Shown here piece after piece: positions 1 through 12,783 of a stretch of 64,000 nucleotides of DNA. Where the stretch lies: contig CBDBHK010000020.1 in NCBI GenBank assembly GCA_965205615.1, positions 86,224-150,223 of the forward strand. Direction: 5' to 3'. Each line of letters starts with the position of its first letter. Position 1 is the stretch's first letter. The stretch is from Acidobacteriota bacterium (GTDB lineage: Bacteria; Acidobacteriota; UBA6911; RPQK01; CBDAPI01). The translations under genes and the position numbers were made by a program. The notes below the pieces were generated by a model. It did no database searches. It saw only the letters and a program-made list of their open reading frames with translations, and had not been told where the DNA came from.

Positions 1-458
1 TACTGACCCGGGTGCAGGGCAAGGCTGTGGGCGGCGGCGTGGGCATCATTGCTGCCTCCGACTATGTCCTGGCGCTGGATGCAGCCTCCTTGAGGCTGGG
101 CGAGTTCGCCCTGGGCTTCGGCCCCTTCGTGATCGGCCCGGCGCTTCAGCGCAAGATCGGCCTGGCCGCCTTTGCCGGGGCCTGCATCGATACGGAATGG
201 CGGGATCCGGAGTGGGCAACGAGCCGCGGCCTCTACACTCGAACCTACCCGACTCTTGAAGCCCTGGATCAAGCCTTCGATTCCCTGGCGATGAAGCTGG
301 CCGCCAGCGATCCGGAGGCGACGGCCGCCCTGAAGACGATTCTCTGGGAGGGGACGGAAGAGTGGGCAGAGCTGCTGGCCGGCCGGGCTGAGATAAGTGG
401 ACGCCTGGTCCTCTCCGATTTCACCAGGGACACCATCGAGGCGTTCAAAAAGCGCTAG
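1..458 (+). CDS. enoyl-CoA hydratase/isomerase (crotonase) family protein, C-terminal part; 5' end lies outside the window
   Basis: ORF 12..458 translation has the crotonase-fold motif GGGVGIIAASDYVLALDAASLRLGEFALGFGP. The reading frame is open to position 1. It is adjacent to a paaK-like ligase. Confidence 0.65.
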   Translation, partial: LTRVQGKAVGGGVGIIAASDYVLALDAASLRLGEFALGFGPFVIGPALQRKIGLAAFAGACIDTEWRDPEWATSRGLYTRTYPTLEALDQAFDSLAMKLAASDPEATAALKTILWEGTEEWAELLAGRAEISGRLVLSDFTRDTIEAFKKR

Positions 459-545
459 CAGGTCACCAGGCGGCAAAGTGTAGGAGCCGCTTCCATGCGG
501 CGATCAACAGAACGGTAGAGCGTGAGCGGACCACGGAGGGTCCTC

Positions 546-755
546 CTACGCTGTGCCTTCCGGAGAATCTTCGGAAAGCACTTCAACGGGGTCGCAGATC
601 TCGATCTCCAGCATCTCGATATGCCTGACAATGGCAACCAGGTTCCTTTCGGCAGCCGGGTTCTCCCCCGCAAGCGCGGCGGCTCGATCGGCCAGGCTTT
701 TCAATTCTCTCACCAGGCCGGCCAGGTCTTTCATGTCGGTCGTAAAGTGCGTCAC
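546..755 (-). CDS. small hypothetical protein (69 aa) translationally coupled to the upstream ligase gene
   Basis: Its start overlaps the stop of the 752..2068 ORF in an ATGA arrangement. Codon usage matches the locus. No family recognised. Confidence 0.35.
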   Translation of the reverse strand: MTHFTTDMKDLAGLVRELKSLADRAAALAGENPAAERNLVAIVRHIEMLEIEICDPVEVLSEDSPEGTA

Positions 756-2068
756 CCTGTCCCCTTTTCTCCTCTCAAGTCCACTAGTCTCGTGGTCTTA
801 ATCTCGTCCTCCGGAAGAGTCCCGCCCGGTACCAGGTCGACGTGGAAACGCAGCTGGATCCTGAGCTTGAGGGCGTCAACCAGATCCTCAGCAAGTCCCT
901 CCAGTGCACCCTCGCTCTGGCTGGTTTCCGCCTGAATCGTGAGTTCATCCATCCCCTGGCTTCTCGAAATGACGACGCGGTAATCGATGATCTGTTCGAA
1001 CGCCCGCACTACATCCTCGATGGCCCGAGGCGAGACCAGGACACCCCGGATCTTGATCAAGTCGTCGGCCCGGCCCAGAACCCCGCCCTCCACCCACCGG
1101 AAGGAGCGGCCGCAGGGACAGAGGGACTCCGATACTCTGACGAGGTCCTTGAGATCCCACCGAATCACAGGCTGAGCGTATTTCTCGAGAGACGTCATCA
1201 CGATCCTGGAGAGTTGCCCGGGGCGAGCCGGCTCCAGAGTCTCAGGATCCAGGAATTCGGGAAGAAAGAAAGACTCGCAGACATGCACGCCACCAGGATG
1301 AGCGGAGCACTCGTATCCCCAGGGACCCACCTCGCTGGCACCCAGATGGTCAAACACTTCGGCGTCCCAGGCCTCCTCCAGGCGCTTTCGCATAGCCGGA
1401 ATGGATCCACCCGGCTCGGCCCCGCAGATCAGTCTTCTGACGTGGAGATCGCGCGGACCGGGTCCCGCTTCTGCAGCACCAATCAGGGCCAGGCGGAGTA
1501 GATAGCTGGGCGCACCCATCAGAGCCGTAATGCGGTGGTCGCGGATCACCTTCCATCGTTCGCTGGTGCGCATCCCCCCTCCCGGGTACACCCTGCAGCC
1601 CAGGAGTCGCGCCGCGTCCAGCCCACCCCACCAGCCGACGAAAAGATTGAAAGGGAAGCAAACCAGGACCCTGTCCTGAGCCGTGAGCCGGCAGGCGGAG
1701 AGACCGTACCCCCAGCACTCCAGCCAGCTCTGCCAGTCCCTTAGAGAAAAAACCAGTCCCAGCGGACGACCCGTCGTACCGGAGGTCCGGTGGTAACGGA
1801 TCAGCTCTGACTCAGGGACCGCCAGAGTCGTCCCCAACGACTGGTGTTCGGACCCCTGGGTCTCGAGCCACTCGGATTTTCCGGTCAGCGGAAGCCGGCG
1901 CAGATCGTCGAGCGTGTGAACATCCTCCGGGCTGACTCCAGCGCTCTCGAATTTTTCCCGGTAAAAGGGGGAGTTCAGCCAGGCCCACTCCAGGATCCGT
2001 TTGAGCTTGCGAAGTTGTACGTCCCTCAGCCGGGCCGGGGGAAGAGTCTCCATGAGGGGATTCCACAC
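752..2068 (-). CDS. paaK: phenylacetate-CoA ligase family protein (PaaK / coenzyme F390 synthetase-like AMP-forming ligase)
   Basis: 438 aa. The N-terminus LRDVQLRKLKRILEWAWLNSPFYREKFESAGVSPEDV..LDDLRRLPLTGKSE and the AMP-binding core TSGTTGRP are typical of the PaaK family. Confidence 0.75.
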   Translation of the reverse strand: MWNPLMETLPPARLRDVQLRKLKRILEWAWLNSPFYREKFESAGVSPEDVHTLDDLRRLPLTGKSEWLETQGSEHQSLGTTLAVPESELIRYHRTSGTTGRPLGLVFSLRDWQSWLECWGYGLSACRLTAQDRVLVCFPFNLFVGWWGGLDAARLLGCRVYPGGGMRTSERWKVIRDHRITALMGAPSYLLRLALIGAAEAGPGPRDLHVRRLICGAEPGGSIPAMRKRLEEAWDAEVFDHLGASEVGPWGYECSAHPGGVHVCESFFLPEFLDPETLEPARPGQLSRIVMTSLEKYAQPVIRWDLKDLVRVSESLCPCGRSFRWVEGGVLGRADDLIKIRGVLVSPRAIEDVVRAFEQIIDYRVVISRSQGMDELTIQAETSQSEGALEGLAEDLVDALKLRIQLRFHVDLVPGGTLPEDEIKTTRLVDLRGEKGTG

Positions 2069-2166
2069 AATTCAAAGACTCGCCAAAGCGATGGGCTTTG
2101 TCAAATCGCACCGGCAGCCCCGAAGACGGACCACAGGCCCCAGACTGCGCTATACTCTCCTGCGCT

Positions 2167-2756
2167 TGGAAACAAAAAGGCTCATCATCGGAATCACAGG
2201 CGCCACCGGGACCATCTTCGGGATCCGAATGCTGGAGGTCCTGCAGGGGTCGGAGGTCGAAACTCATCTGATCGTCAGCAAATGGGGAGCTCAAACGCTC
2301 GCCCACGAGACCGACTACGATCTAGGCCGGCTGAAGAAGATGGCGACAGCCGCGTATGCTCCCGGCGACCAGGCCGCCGCCGTTGCGAGCGGGTCCTTCA
2401 CGACCGCCGGCATGGTGATCGCTCCCTGCAGCATGAAGACCCTGTCTGCCATCGCTCACGGCCAGGGCGACGATCTCATCAACCGGGCCGCGGATGTGGT
2501 TCTCAAGGAACGCCGCAAGCTCGTGCTGATGCCTCGCGAGGCTCCCCTGAGTGAGATCCACCTCGAAAACATGCTCAAGCTCTCCCGGATAGGAGTCGTC
2601 ATCTTTCCTCCGGTTGCCGGCTTTTACAGCCTGCCCGAAAGCCTGGAAGATATGGTGGATCACATTGTCATGCGGGTGCTGGATCAGTTCGGGTTCCACC
2701 TGGACCTGGCAAAGCGCTGGAACGGGCGCCTGTCCCCTTCCATCGAGTCGGCCTAG
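2167..2756 (+). CDS. ubiX: UbiX/Pad1-family flavin prenyltransferase
   Basis: The motif KRLIIGITGATGTIFGIRMLEVL..APCSMKTLSAIAHGQGDDLINRAADVVLKERRKLVLMPRE is the UbiX signature. The start is probably TTG near 2167; the ORF-track M at 2001 is an upstream extension. Confidence 0.85.
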
Positions 2757-2781
2757 TGCGAGATTTTCACGTCACTGCAGG

Positions 2782-3399
2782 CTACAGAGCTTTCCCGACA
2801 ACTTCGCGAACTTCGACAGGTAGCGTCTCGATAAGTTTCAGGGCGGCTCGATGACCCTGCGGAGACATTTTTTTCCAGGTCTTCCGGAGGACGTCGATGA
2901 CCTTTTCCTGCTCGTGGCTGTCCAGAAAGTCGGCTAACTCGTTCTCCAGAAACACCAGGCAGATCGCATCTTCAAAAAGCTGAACCTCGGGGTCCAGCTT
3001 CATTCGCAGCTTCTGCACCAGTCCCTGGACCCGCCGGATGGTCTCCTGGTCGTAGCCGCTTTCTTCAAGAATGGCCCCGGCCTGCTGAGCATGAAAGCGC
3101 AAGAGTGTCTTCCGCCAGCGATGGTACCCGCTCCGATCCATGGGAAAGTCGCTGCGGGGAATCGTCCAGCGCCTCAGATGCTGGCACCGAGCGGCCAGCA
3201 AAAGACTCTCCGAGGCGTCGACGGCCAGTTGCTCCACCCAGTGATGGAGGCGCCGGTGATAATGTAAGGACCAGGGCACGTCCCGGCCCCCGACGGTGAT
3301 CGTTCTGGCATCCTCCCGGTGGGCCGCATCAAACCCCTGCAGTGCTTTGCGGTATCGAGCACTCTCGGGGCCGGAAACCTTTTTCACCTCACGGGTCAC
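2782..3399 (-). CDS. DUF4202-like hypothetical protein
   Basis: 205 aa. The motif AARCQHLRRWTIPRSDFPMDRSGYHRWRKTLLRFHA matches my recollection of the DUF4202 family. This is a memory-based call. Confidence 0.55.
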   Translation of the reverse strand: MTREVKKVSGPESARYRKALQGFDAAHREDARTITVGGRDVPWSLHYHRRLHHWVEQLAVDASESLLLAARCQHLRRWTIPRSDFPMDRSGYHRWRKTLLRFHAQQAGAILEESGYDQETIRRVQGLVQKLRMKLDPEVQLFEDAICLVFLENELADFLDSHEQEKVIDVLRKTWKKMSPQGHRAALKLIETLPVEVREVVGKAL

Positions 3400-4985
3400 T
3401 GTCTCTTCCCTTCCACTTCCTCATACAGAGCGTACTCTTCAAATTCCTGGACTTTTCGGATCAGCTTGAGAATCTCCGGGAAGCGCGTCAGATCTTCGCT
3501 ATAGATCACGTAGTAGTTCACGCTTTCGTCATTTATGTGCGCCAGGAACTCTTCCGTAATGCTCTCTCTCTCGAGCTGCTTTGCATAGCCCCGAGCATAG
3601 AAGTCGGCGGAGTGGGGCATCCTTCTAGGGTAAACTAGTGTCCCTGTGCCGTCCTGATTCCTCTGGTCAAAATACTCTGCAACTGTTTTGTGTGACCGTT
3701 CTAAACCGAGTGGCGGCAGGGCCAAAAAGGCGAGGGCCGTGAACCCGAGCGGCACCAGCAGGGCTAGAAGGACGGCCACCCTGGAACGCGTGAACCCGAT
3801 ACTCTCGGCAGGGTGCTCGGGAGTCTGGTTGGCCTGCACCAGAAGGGCCGTCAGGAGTGCAAAAGCCGGCAACCCCGGCAACACATACGTTATGACGATG
3901 TTGCCGGCGAACGTGAACAATACCAGCGGTGTCAGGAACCAGAGCAGGAGATACTGAATCCAGTCGTCCTGGCTGATCAAAGACCCCAGTCGTCTCTCCT
4001 TGCGAGCCTGGTAAAGACTCCACAGGAACACGAAAAACCAGGGCAGGGTCGCTGGTATCAGAAACAGCCAGATCGCCCCCTGCGGATAGGAGTGCGCCGT
4101 TCCATAAAGGTCCCCTTCCCAGCCAGCCACGAAGAAGCGCTGGAAATGTTCTCCAAGAAGATTGTATGTCAGGAAACCCGGCGTCCTGATCTCCGCCAGG
4201 ATGTACCACGGTAAGACAATGCCTGACAACAGGATACCCCCGGTTACCCATGGAAACGCCCCCGCAACCCGGATCCGCTCTTTCGCGAGGACGGTCCACA
4301 AAACGACTGGAACGAAAACCAGTACGATTCCGAGAAGTCCCTTGGCCAGGAGACTCAAGCCGATGCCCACAAAAAACAGATAGCCCCAGGACAGCTTCGC
4401 AACCCTCCCGGCGGCTCGCAATCTCAATATGAAGGCGCTCAAAGCCAGTGTGACGCCAAACGAGAACGCAGGGTCCGTCATCACCCCGCCCAACATGAAG
4501 TAAAACAAGGCACTTGTCGTCAGGATGATGGCGGCAAGGAGTGCAAAGATCCTTCCTCGGAGGCTGGCCCCCACCAAGAGCACCAGCAGTGTCGTCAGGA
4601 TTGAAAAGGCGAAGGACGAAAACCGCGCTGAGAACTCTGAACATCCGAACACCTTGTAAGACAGCGCTGTGGACCAGATCGACAGGGGAGGCTTCCCCCA
4701 GTAAGGCTTCCCGGGATCGAGTTGAGGGGTCACCCAGTTGCCCGTGGCCACCATCTCTCTCGCGATCTCGGCATACCGGCCTTCAGTGGAGTCCATCAGC
4801 GGATAGGCGCCAAGAGTGATCAGGCGAAGCAGCACGATGGCTACAAGAAACATTGAAAGCAGCAAAACGGCCCGTCCCTCGGAACCCGGCAGGGCCTGGG
4901 GACGGGGTCTTGAAACCGGTGTGTTTTCCGCCGGGCTGGCGGAAGTTCGGCTCTGGCGGCTCAGCATCAAGGCGAACATCGTCAA
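3396..4985 (-). CDS. ArnT/PMT-like (GT39/GT83) integral-membrane glycosyltransferase
   Basis: 529 aa and polytopic. The N-terminal loop motif YPLMDSTEGRYAEIAREMVATGNWVTPQLDPGKPYWGKPPL is typical of 4-amino-arabinose / dolichyl-phosphate-mannose transferase-like enzymes. Confidence 0.8.
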   Translation of the reverse strand: MTMFALMLSRQSRTSASPAENTPVSRPRPQALPGSEGRAVLLLSMFLVAIVLLRLITLGAYPLMDSTEGRYAEIAREMVATGNWVTPQLDPGKPYWGKPPLSIWSTALSYKVFGCSEFSARFSSFAFSILTTLLVLLVGASLRGRIFALLAAIILTTSALFYFMLGGVMTDPAFSFGVTLALSAFILRLRAAGRVAKLSWGYLFFVGIGLSLLAKGLLGIVLVFVPVVLWTVLAKERIRVAGAFPWVTGGILLSGIVLPWYILAEIRTPGFLTYNLLGEHFQRFFVAGWEGDLYGTAHSYPQGAIWLFLIPATLPWFFVFLWSLYQARKERRLGSLISQDDWIQYLLLWFLTPLVLFTFAGNIVITYVLPGLPAFALLTALLVQANQTPEHPAESIGFTRSRVAVLLALLVPLGFTALAFLALPPLGLERSHKTVAEYFDQRNQDGTGTLVYPRRMPHSADFYARGYAKQLERESITEEFLAHINDESVNYYVIYSEDLTRFPEILKLIRKVQEFEEYALYEEVEGKRQ

Positions 4986-5000
4986 AAGAGCGCAGGCTCT

Positions 5001-5068
<68 letters not shown>

Positions 5069-5077
<9 letters not shown>

Positions 5078-5122
5078 CCGAAGAGAAAAAGATTCTAGCA
5101 CGCACGGAGTTACAGGGCTTTG
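5069..5122. repeat. promoter-like 52-bp repeat, copy 1: tRNA-Thr 5' end plus the upstream TGCTAGAAT element
   Basis: About 50 of 54 positions are identical to 14128..14181. It contains the extended -10-like TGCTAGAAT about 22 nt upstream of the tRNA 5' end. Confidence 0.6.
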
Positions 5123-5373
5123 ATCTCCGGTGGGCGGAGGGGCGACACGCCACCCGTTGAGTTCGAGTAGATGTATTATCTGAATCAACCGGCTTCGGCC
5201 ATGGTGGCTGGAGTCAACTAAAACTGTCTCCGGGAAACCCGGGGCGGTTCATGATCCCAACAGTTCGCAGGTGAGTAATCTGAGATGAACTTGTCCACTA
5301 TCGGCAATATCCACACTCCGCCTTAGACTCAGCAGGTCTCTGCTATCGAGTCTTGAGAATGATGAGGTACGTA

Positions 5374-7311
<1,938 letters not shown>

Positions 7312-7315
7312 TTAG

Positions 7316-9053
7316 CCCGCATAGATCACCGATAGGACCTCAAAAGGCCGCCCTGTTTGGTATAAAGCGTTTTGAATGAACGTTTTCACACGCCAAACGG
7401 AGGCGGTCCTTATGAGAACAGAGTGTAAACAAGCCAGGTTCGAATTTCACGGACTATTTCAACGCAAAGTGAAGGCGCGGTTCGACGGCGGGAAGATCAC
7501 CTCCGATGCAGGGGTGCTGCTGTTGCGAGAGGTCGAGAGGGGGACGGGTCTGATCGCCGGACTGGCTGAGTGTTTCAGGGATCACCGGGATCCGCGGTTG
7601 ATCGAACACACGGTCGAGGAGTTGTTGGGGCAGCGCATCTACGGACTCTGTCTGGGGTACGAGGATCTGAACGATCATGATCAGTTGCGCACCGATCCGA
7701 TGCTGGCGGTGGCGGTGAATAAGGCCGATCCGTTGGGGGAGAGGCGGCGGCAGGCCTCAGATCGGGGGAAGGCGCTGGCGGGCAGGTGTACGCTGAACCG
7801 GTTGGAGTTGACCGGCGCCGAGGTCGATGAGCAGGAGCGGTACAAGAAGATCGCGATGGACCCGGACCGGATCGACGGCTGGATGGTGGATGCCTTCGTG
7901 GAGTCCCACGAATCGGCGCCCGAGGAGATGGTGCTGGATCTGGATGCGACCGACGACCCGATCCATGGCCAGCAGGAAGGCCGGTTCTTTCACGGTTACT
8001 ACCGCCACTACTGTTATCTCCCGCTGTACATCTTCTCGGGGGAGCATCTGCTGTGCGCCCGGTTGCGGTGTTCCAATATCGATGGGGCCGCGGGATCGGT
8101 GGAGGAACTGGAACGGATCGTCGGCCGGATTCGGCAGAGCTGGCCGGAGGTCTCGATCGTCATCCGGGCCGACTCGGGCTTTTGCCGGGATGACTTGCTC
8201 CGCTGGTGTGAAGACCATCACGTGGATTACGTGATGGGGTTGGCCAACAATGATCGGCTCAAGTCAGAGAGAGCCGAAGCGATGACTCAGGCCGAAGCCG
8301 AGTTCAACGCCACCGGGCGACCGGCGCGGGTGTTCAAGGATTTCCGCTACCGGACTCGCCACAGTTGGACCTCGGAGCGACGCGTCGTCGGCAAGGCCGA
8401 GTTCCTGGACAAAGGCGCCAATCCCCGATTCGTCGTCACCTCCCTGTCGCCGGAACGCCTGGGGGCCCGCGCGCTCTACGAAGACTTCTACTGTGCGCGG
8501 GGCGACATGGAGAACCGCATAAAAGAACAGCAGTTGGGTCTGTTCGCCGACCGGACCAGCGCGGCAACGATGCGCGCCAATCAACTCCGGCTGTATCTGT
8601 CCTCCGCCGCCTACATGCTCATGCACGCCTTGCGTCGTCTCGGACTGAAGCAGACCCCCCTGGCTCGCGCTCAGTGTCAGACGATTCGCTTGAAGCTCCT
8701 CAAGATCGGCGCCCAAGTCCGCCTCACGGTCCGCCACGTCTGGATCTCCATGTCGGAAGCCTATCCCTACAGCGAGGTCTTCGCTGCCGTCGTTCGAAAC
8801 CTCCAGGCCATTCCTCTGCGCTGCTGAGGTCTGTCCCGATCAAACGCCCCCAAAAACGAAATCGTTCCATCGCTCAGGCCGAGCTCTGCCTGAATACATT
8901 CCGTCACGCTCTTCCGAACCCGAAAAACGCTCCATTCACGACCCTCCACACCACCGCATCACTCGACCTGGACCGGATCGATAGCGAAACTCTCAGAAAA
9001 CCGTTCCGGCCTGCCAAAATCACCTTCATTTCCAAATCGGTGATCTATGCGGG
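7316..9053 (+). mobile_element. IS1380-like insertion sequence, copy 1 (1738 bp), with 4-bp TTAG target duplications
   Basis: Terminal inverted repeats CCCGCATAGATCACCGAT at 7316 and its complement ending at 9053. TTAG lies at 7312..7315 and 9054..9057. It contains a single DDE transposase gene. Confidence 0.8.
7376..8827 (+). CDS. DDE transposase (IS1380/IS4-like family)
   Basis: 483 aa. It is nearly identical to the reverse-strand ORF 50476..51849. The family call rests on the fold FHGYYRHYCYLPLYIF..SIVIRADSGF and a ~1.7-kb IS with CC-initiated inverted repeats. Confidence 0.8.
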   Translation: MNVFTRQTEAVLMRTECKQARFEFHGLFQRKVKARFDGGKITSDAGVLLLREVERGTGLIAGLAECFRDHRDPRLIEHTVEELLGQRIYGLCLGYEDLNDHDQLRTDPMLAVAVNKADPLGERRRQASDRGKALAGRCTLNRLELTGAEVDEQERYKKIAMDPDRIDGWMVDAFVESHESAPEEMVLDLDATDDPIHGQQEGRFFHGYYRHYCYLPLYIFSGEHLLCARLRCSNIDGAAGSVEELERIVGRIRQSWPEVSIVIRADSGFCRDDLLRWCEDHHVDYVMGLANNDRLKSERAEAMTQAEAEFNATGRPARVFKDFRYRTRHSWTSERRVVGKAEFLDKGANPRFVVTSLSPERLGARALYEDFYCARGDMENRIKEQQLGLFADRTSAATMRANQLRLYLSSAAYMLMHALRRLGLKQTPLARAQCQTIRLKLLKIGAQVRLTVRHVWISMSEAYPYSEVFAAVVRNLQAIPLRC

Positions 9054-9403
9054 TTAGGCCTCCCAGCGGAGCGCACGCCAACATCTTCAGTATCGTTCGA
9101 AACGAGAACTGCTGCTATGGTCGTGGAACCAGCCATCTACTTAACTATTACAGTATTTTACTGTTATCGAGCACATCGGCCACACTCAGGCGCGCGTCTT
9201 ACCGAATTGGCTTCTCTCCACATCTTTGAACCAGCCCCAGACCTTGCAGTCACGGGCACAGCGTGGCGCCCAGGCCGCCTTCTCTTACCAAGAGGGATAG
9301 GGGGGGGCTAAGCCAGGGGACGCGTTGAAGGGAACAAGCTGCGTTTTTGGTGCCCGTATACGGATGAGGAAAAAGAGATGAGGAGATGAGCTGCACAGAA
9401 GAA

Positions 9404-10225
9404 TCAGCAAACGGGACCAGGGTGTTGAAGATCGGGTTGTTTCGCGCCTTTTCTGACCACGAGAAGGATGTTTTGGTCGGACCATCGAATGTCTTTGAGA
9501 TCTGAAAAGCAGCTTCGAAGATTCTTTTCGAACTCCTCACAGCAGCGCTCGAATTCGCTTCTGGAGTAAAGCGAGAATGTGGAATAGTGGTGATTCCGGG
9601 CTCGCTCGATCAGTCGGTTCAAACCAGCCTCTCTTTCGTACCCAAAGTACTCCGTCTCTTCTAACTCCAGGTTTTTCGCCGTTCTCAAAAGGTCTTCCAG
9701 CTCCCATAATTCAAACAGGCGGGTCTCCATTTGATGAAACAAGGGGAAATACCGGCCCCAGATGCTTCGCCTGTTCTGACTTCTCAGTCGGGTGTAAATA
9801 AACAAGCGGCCTTCATCTTTGAGCACCCTCTTCGTCTCCTCCAAGAATCTTGGCAGGGTGAAATGGTGAATTGCATTAAAGGTAAGTAGACAGTCGAGTG
9901 AGGCATCTTCAAAGGGGAGTTGTTGGTCCAGAGATCGTTTGATCTTGAAGTCTCGGATTCCATGCCTGGTGAGATATCCGTCGGCCTCGTTCAGCATCTG
10001 ACGATTGCTGTCCACACAATAGAGAAAAAGCCGCTCACCTAAATAGTGAAACAGCTCCAGATCATACCTGCCATCTCCACAACCGATGTCTGCAGCTACG
10101 ATCCTGGACGGGAAACCCCTGAGTCTGATCTTGATCGAGAGAATGGGGTCGAGATCGGTAATCCTCAAGCCTCGATACTTTGGCGCCAGCCGCGAAAAGT
10201 GGGACGCAACGTTTTCCAAAGGCAT
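9404..10225 (-). CDS. class I SAM-dependent methyltransferase
   Basis: SAM-binding motif IVAADIGCGDGRYDLELF...LDCLLTFNAIHHF. The segment has lower GC than its neighbours. The start is probably MPLENVAS at 10225. Confidence 0.7.
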   Translation of the reverse strand: MPLENVASHFSRLAPKYRGLRITDLDPILSIKIRLRGFPSRIVAADIGCGDGRYDLELFHYLGERLFLYCVDSNRQMLNEADGYLTRHGIRDFKIKRSLDQQLPFEDASLDCLLTFNAIHHFTLPRFLEETKRVLKDEGRLFIYTRLRSQNRRSIWGRYFPLFHQMETRLFELWELEDLLRTAKNLELEETEYFGYEREAGLNRLIERARNHHYSTFSLYSRSEFERCCEEFEKNLRSCFSDLKDIRWSDQNILLVVRKGAKQPDLQHPGPVC

Positions 10226-10952
10226 TTCTCCCCCTCCTTGCTGTGTGTCTCTGCGCAAGTCTCACCTGAGCCAGGGACACCAGATTGTCCCCCCAAAACG
10301 CCTGGGGGCACACGCTCCACCGCGCCACCTTGCAGCCGCTTGAACTCGCCTCCATTGCCTATGATGCGGAACCTGATGTTCGCAGTGGGGCGACTGGAGT
10401 GACCAAACACGGGCCAGAAGGTGATGCCACGGCGTCTCTGTGCCGTGGTCTGTGAGCCCCGTCGCCCGCCATTGGTGGATCGATTGAGGCGTGCCACTCC
10501 ATCCGGCACAACGAGAGGATTTGTCTAACTGTGGCTTCCGGTTGAAGAAACAGCTAGTTGGACTATCCCGCTCTCGAAAGTGAGATCATGGAGTCACTGA
10601 ACAAACAATGATTATAGTGGAACCAGGAGTTAGAAGGTAGTCACAATGGCAGGGCTGTGATCTCAGGGCTTGGTCGGCCAAGAAGGCTCTCAGCCATTTG
10701 CATGATTCAGACATCATAAATCACGAAACCAGAGCTGCCTGAGGCGCCCACATGCTCTGTTGCGAGCCGAGCGGCACCCCCGATACGACAAGCAAGCTTC
10801 CATCTTGGTGCCTGAGAAATACCGACCGACAACGTGGTAACTTAGACACACAGGTGTGAGTTGGAGAGGTAGCCACCTCATTGCCCCCGCGTTCATCCAG
10901 GGTACTTACCATCTTTGGGAGTTCGTGCCTCCACGGCAGGGGAAGGGAAAAG

Positions 10953-12652
10953 AATTGTCCAGAGAAGAACAATACGACGGGCTTAAAGAATTAATCATGA
11001 TCGGCAAGGAAAAAGGTTATCTTTCGTACGACGAAGTGGATGATGCCCTTCCCGAGAGCATTCTCTGCTCCGAGAGTTTGGATCGGGTTTTCCACTTTCT
11101 CGGGGCTTCTGGAATTGAAGTGATCGATTGCGAGCAGTTCAAGGTGTCTCTCCAGAAAAACCGTGGGAATGGGGAGAAGGAGAACCGAGACGCCAGGTTG
11201 ACACACGAAAATCTGGGGAAGACGGATGATTCCGTCCGTCTTTACATGCGGGAAATGGGGACGGTGCCACTGCTTAATCGGGAAACGGAGGTTGAAGTCG
11301 CCCAGCGTATAGAAAGAGCACAGATGAATGTGCTTAAAGCTGTCTCACGTTGTCCGCTCGCTGTGGCGGAGCTTGTGGGTTACGGGAGGGATCTCCGTGA
11401 GGGCATGTTTCCCATCACCAAGCTGGTCAACTTCAAGAAAGAAGCACTGACCGAGGAGAACCTCGCAGCCCGCCAGTCAGAGGTGTGCGGCCGAATTGCG
11501 GAGGTGGGGAAATTGCAGGCGAAGGTTTGCCAGGTTCGTCGAGGACTGCGCCATACCAGCCAAGATTCGCCCGAGTACAAACAATTACTTTCTCAGCTGG
11601 CCCGTTACCAGATTCCCATCTTCCGACACATCCGCAGTTTGAATCTGACGTTGGCTACTCAAGAAAAGCTGGTGAGTGTGATTCGAACCACCCTCGAGCG
11701 GATTGTGGCGTTGGAGCGGGAAGGGGAACGGCTGGAGAAATTGCAGACGTCTTCCCTGGCACCGGAGAAAGTTGGGAAAGTGAAGGACCGGCTTCGGCAA
11801 CTTGAAAAGGAGCTGAAGGAGATTGGCGATGAGGTTCAAGCCAGCCCCGGGGAACTCAAGCATACTCTCTCGACCATCAAGCAGTTTGAACTGGAAGAGG
11901 ACATTGCCAAAAAGGAACTGGTGGAAGCCAATCTCCGATTGGTGGTTGCGATTGCCAAGAAATACACCAACCGGGGTGTGCCTTTTTTGGACCTGATCCA
12001 GGAAGGAAACATTGGCTTGATGAAGGCAGTCGATAAGTTCGAGTATCGACGAGGCTACAAGTTCTCCACCTATGCACACTGGTGGATTCGTCAGGCGATT
12101 ACCCGAGCGATTGCCGATCAGTCACGCACTATTCGACTCCCGGTGCATATGACGGAACGGGTCAACAAGCTGATCCGGACTTCTCGAGCCCTCCTCCAAG
12201 AAAAGGGCCGGGAGCCAACTCTAAAGGAGATCGCTCGTGAGACCGGTATTCCTGTCAGCCGGGTTCGACAAACCTTGAAGGTGGCGCAGCAGACGATTTC
12301 GCTCGAAACTCCAATCGGCCAAGAACGAGACAGGCAATTGGGAGACTTCCTCGAGGATAGCCGGGCAGTCTCACCGGCAGACCTGGCGATCAATCTTAAT
12401 CTGAAGGAGCAAACGGCGGCAATGCTGCAAACCCTCGCGCCCCGCCAAGAGCAGATTCTTCGCATGCGTTTCGGAATTGACGACGGTGGGCGATGTACCC
12501 TGGCGGAGGTCGGTCAGCGGTTTTCGGTCACACGGGAGCGCATCCGTCAGATTGAGGTGCAGGGGCTGCGCAAACTGCGGTATTTGTCGCAAAGCAAAAA
12601 CCAAAAGACCGTTCTGAATGCAGCAGGTGGGAACTCTCAGGCCCATTCTTGA
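10953..12652 (+). CDS. rpoD: RNA polymerase sigma-70 (primary sigma factor RpoD-like)
   Basis: Region 1.1 ([13 protein letters not shown]), region 2 ([54 protein letters not shown]), and regions 3 and 4 are all present. The start is probably TTG at ~10953 after GGGAAGGG. The ORF-track start at 10856 is an upstream extension. Confidence 0.85.
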
Positions 12653-12783
12653 GTATAGGTTGGGTCGATCTCACTTCTTCCTCGCTTCCTCGAATGTTTG
12701 GCGCCAGCAACAATGAGACAAATTGAGCCTACGGTCTTAGAGCAATTCGGCAGGGTCGAAGTGAGCTCTGTCTTGTATATGAC

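Noticed and set aside
8365-9057. 230-aa and 157-aa alternative-frame ORFs inside IS copy 1, and their twins in copy 2
   Set aside because: They overlap the DDE transposase frame. The 230-aa ORF terminates in the TSD-derived stop, so they are most likely frame artefacts. The short ORF 8767..8949 and its copy at 48629..48811 are noted only as IS-internal repeats.
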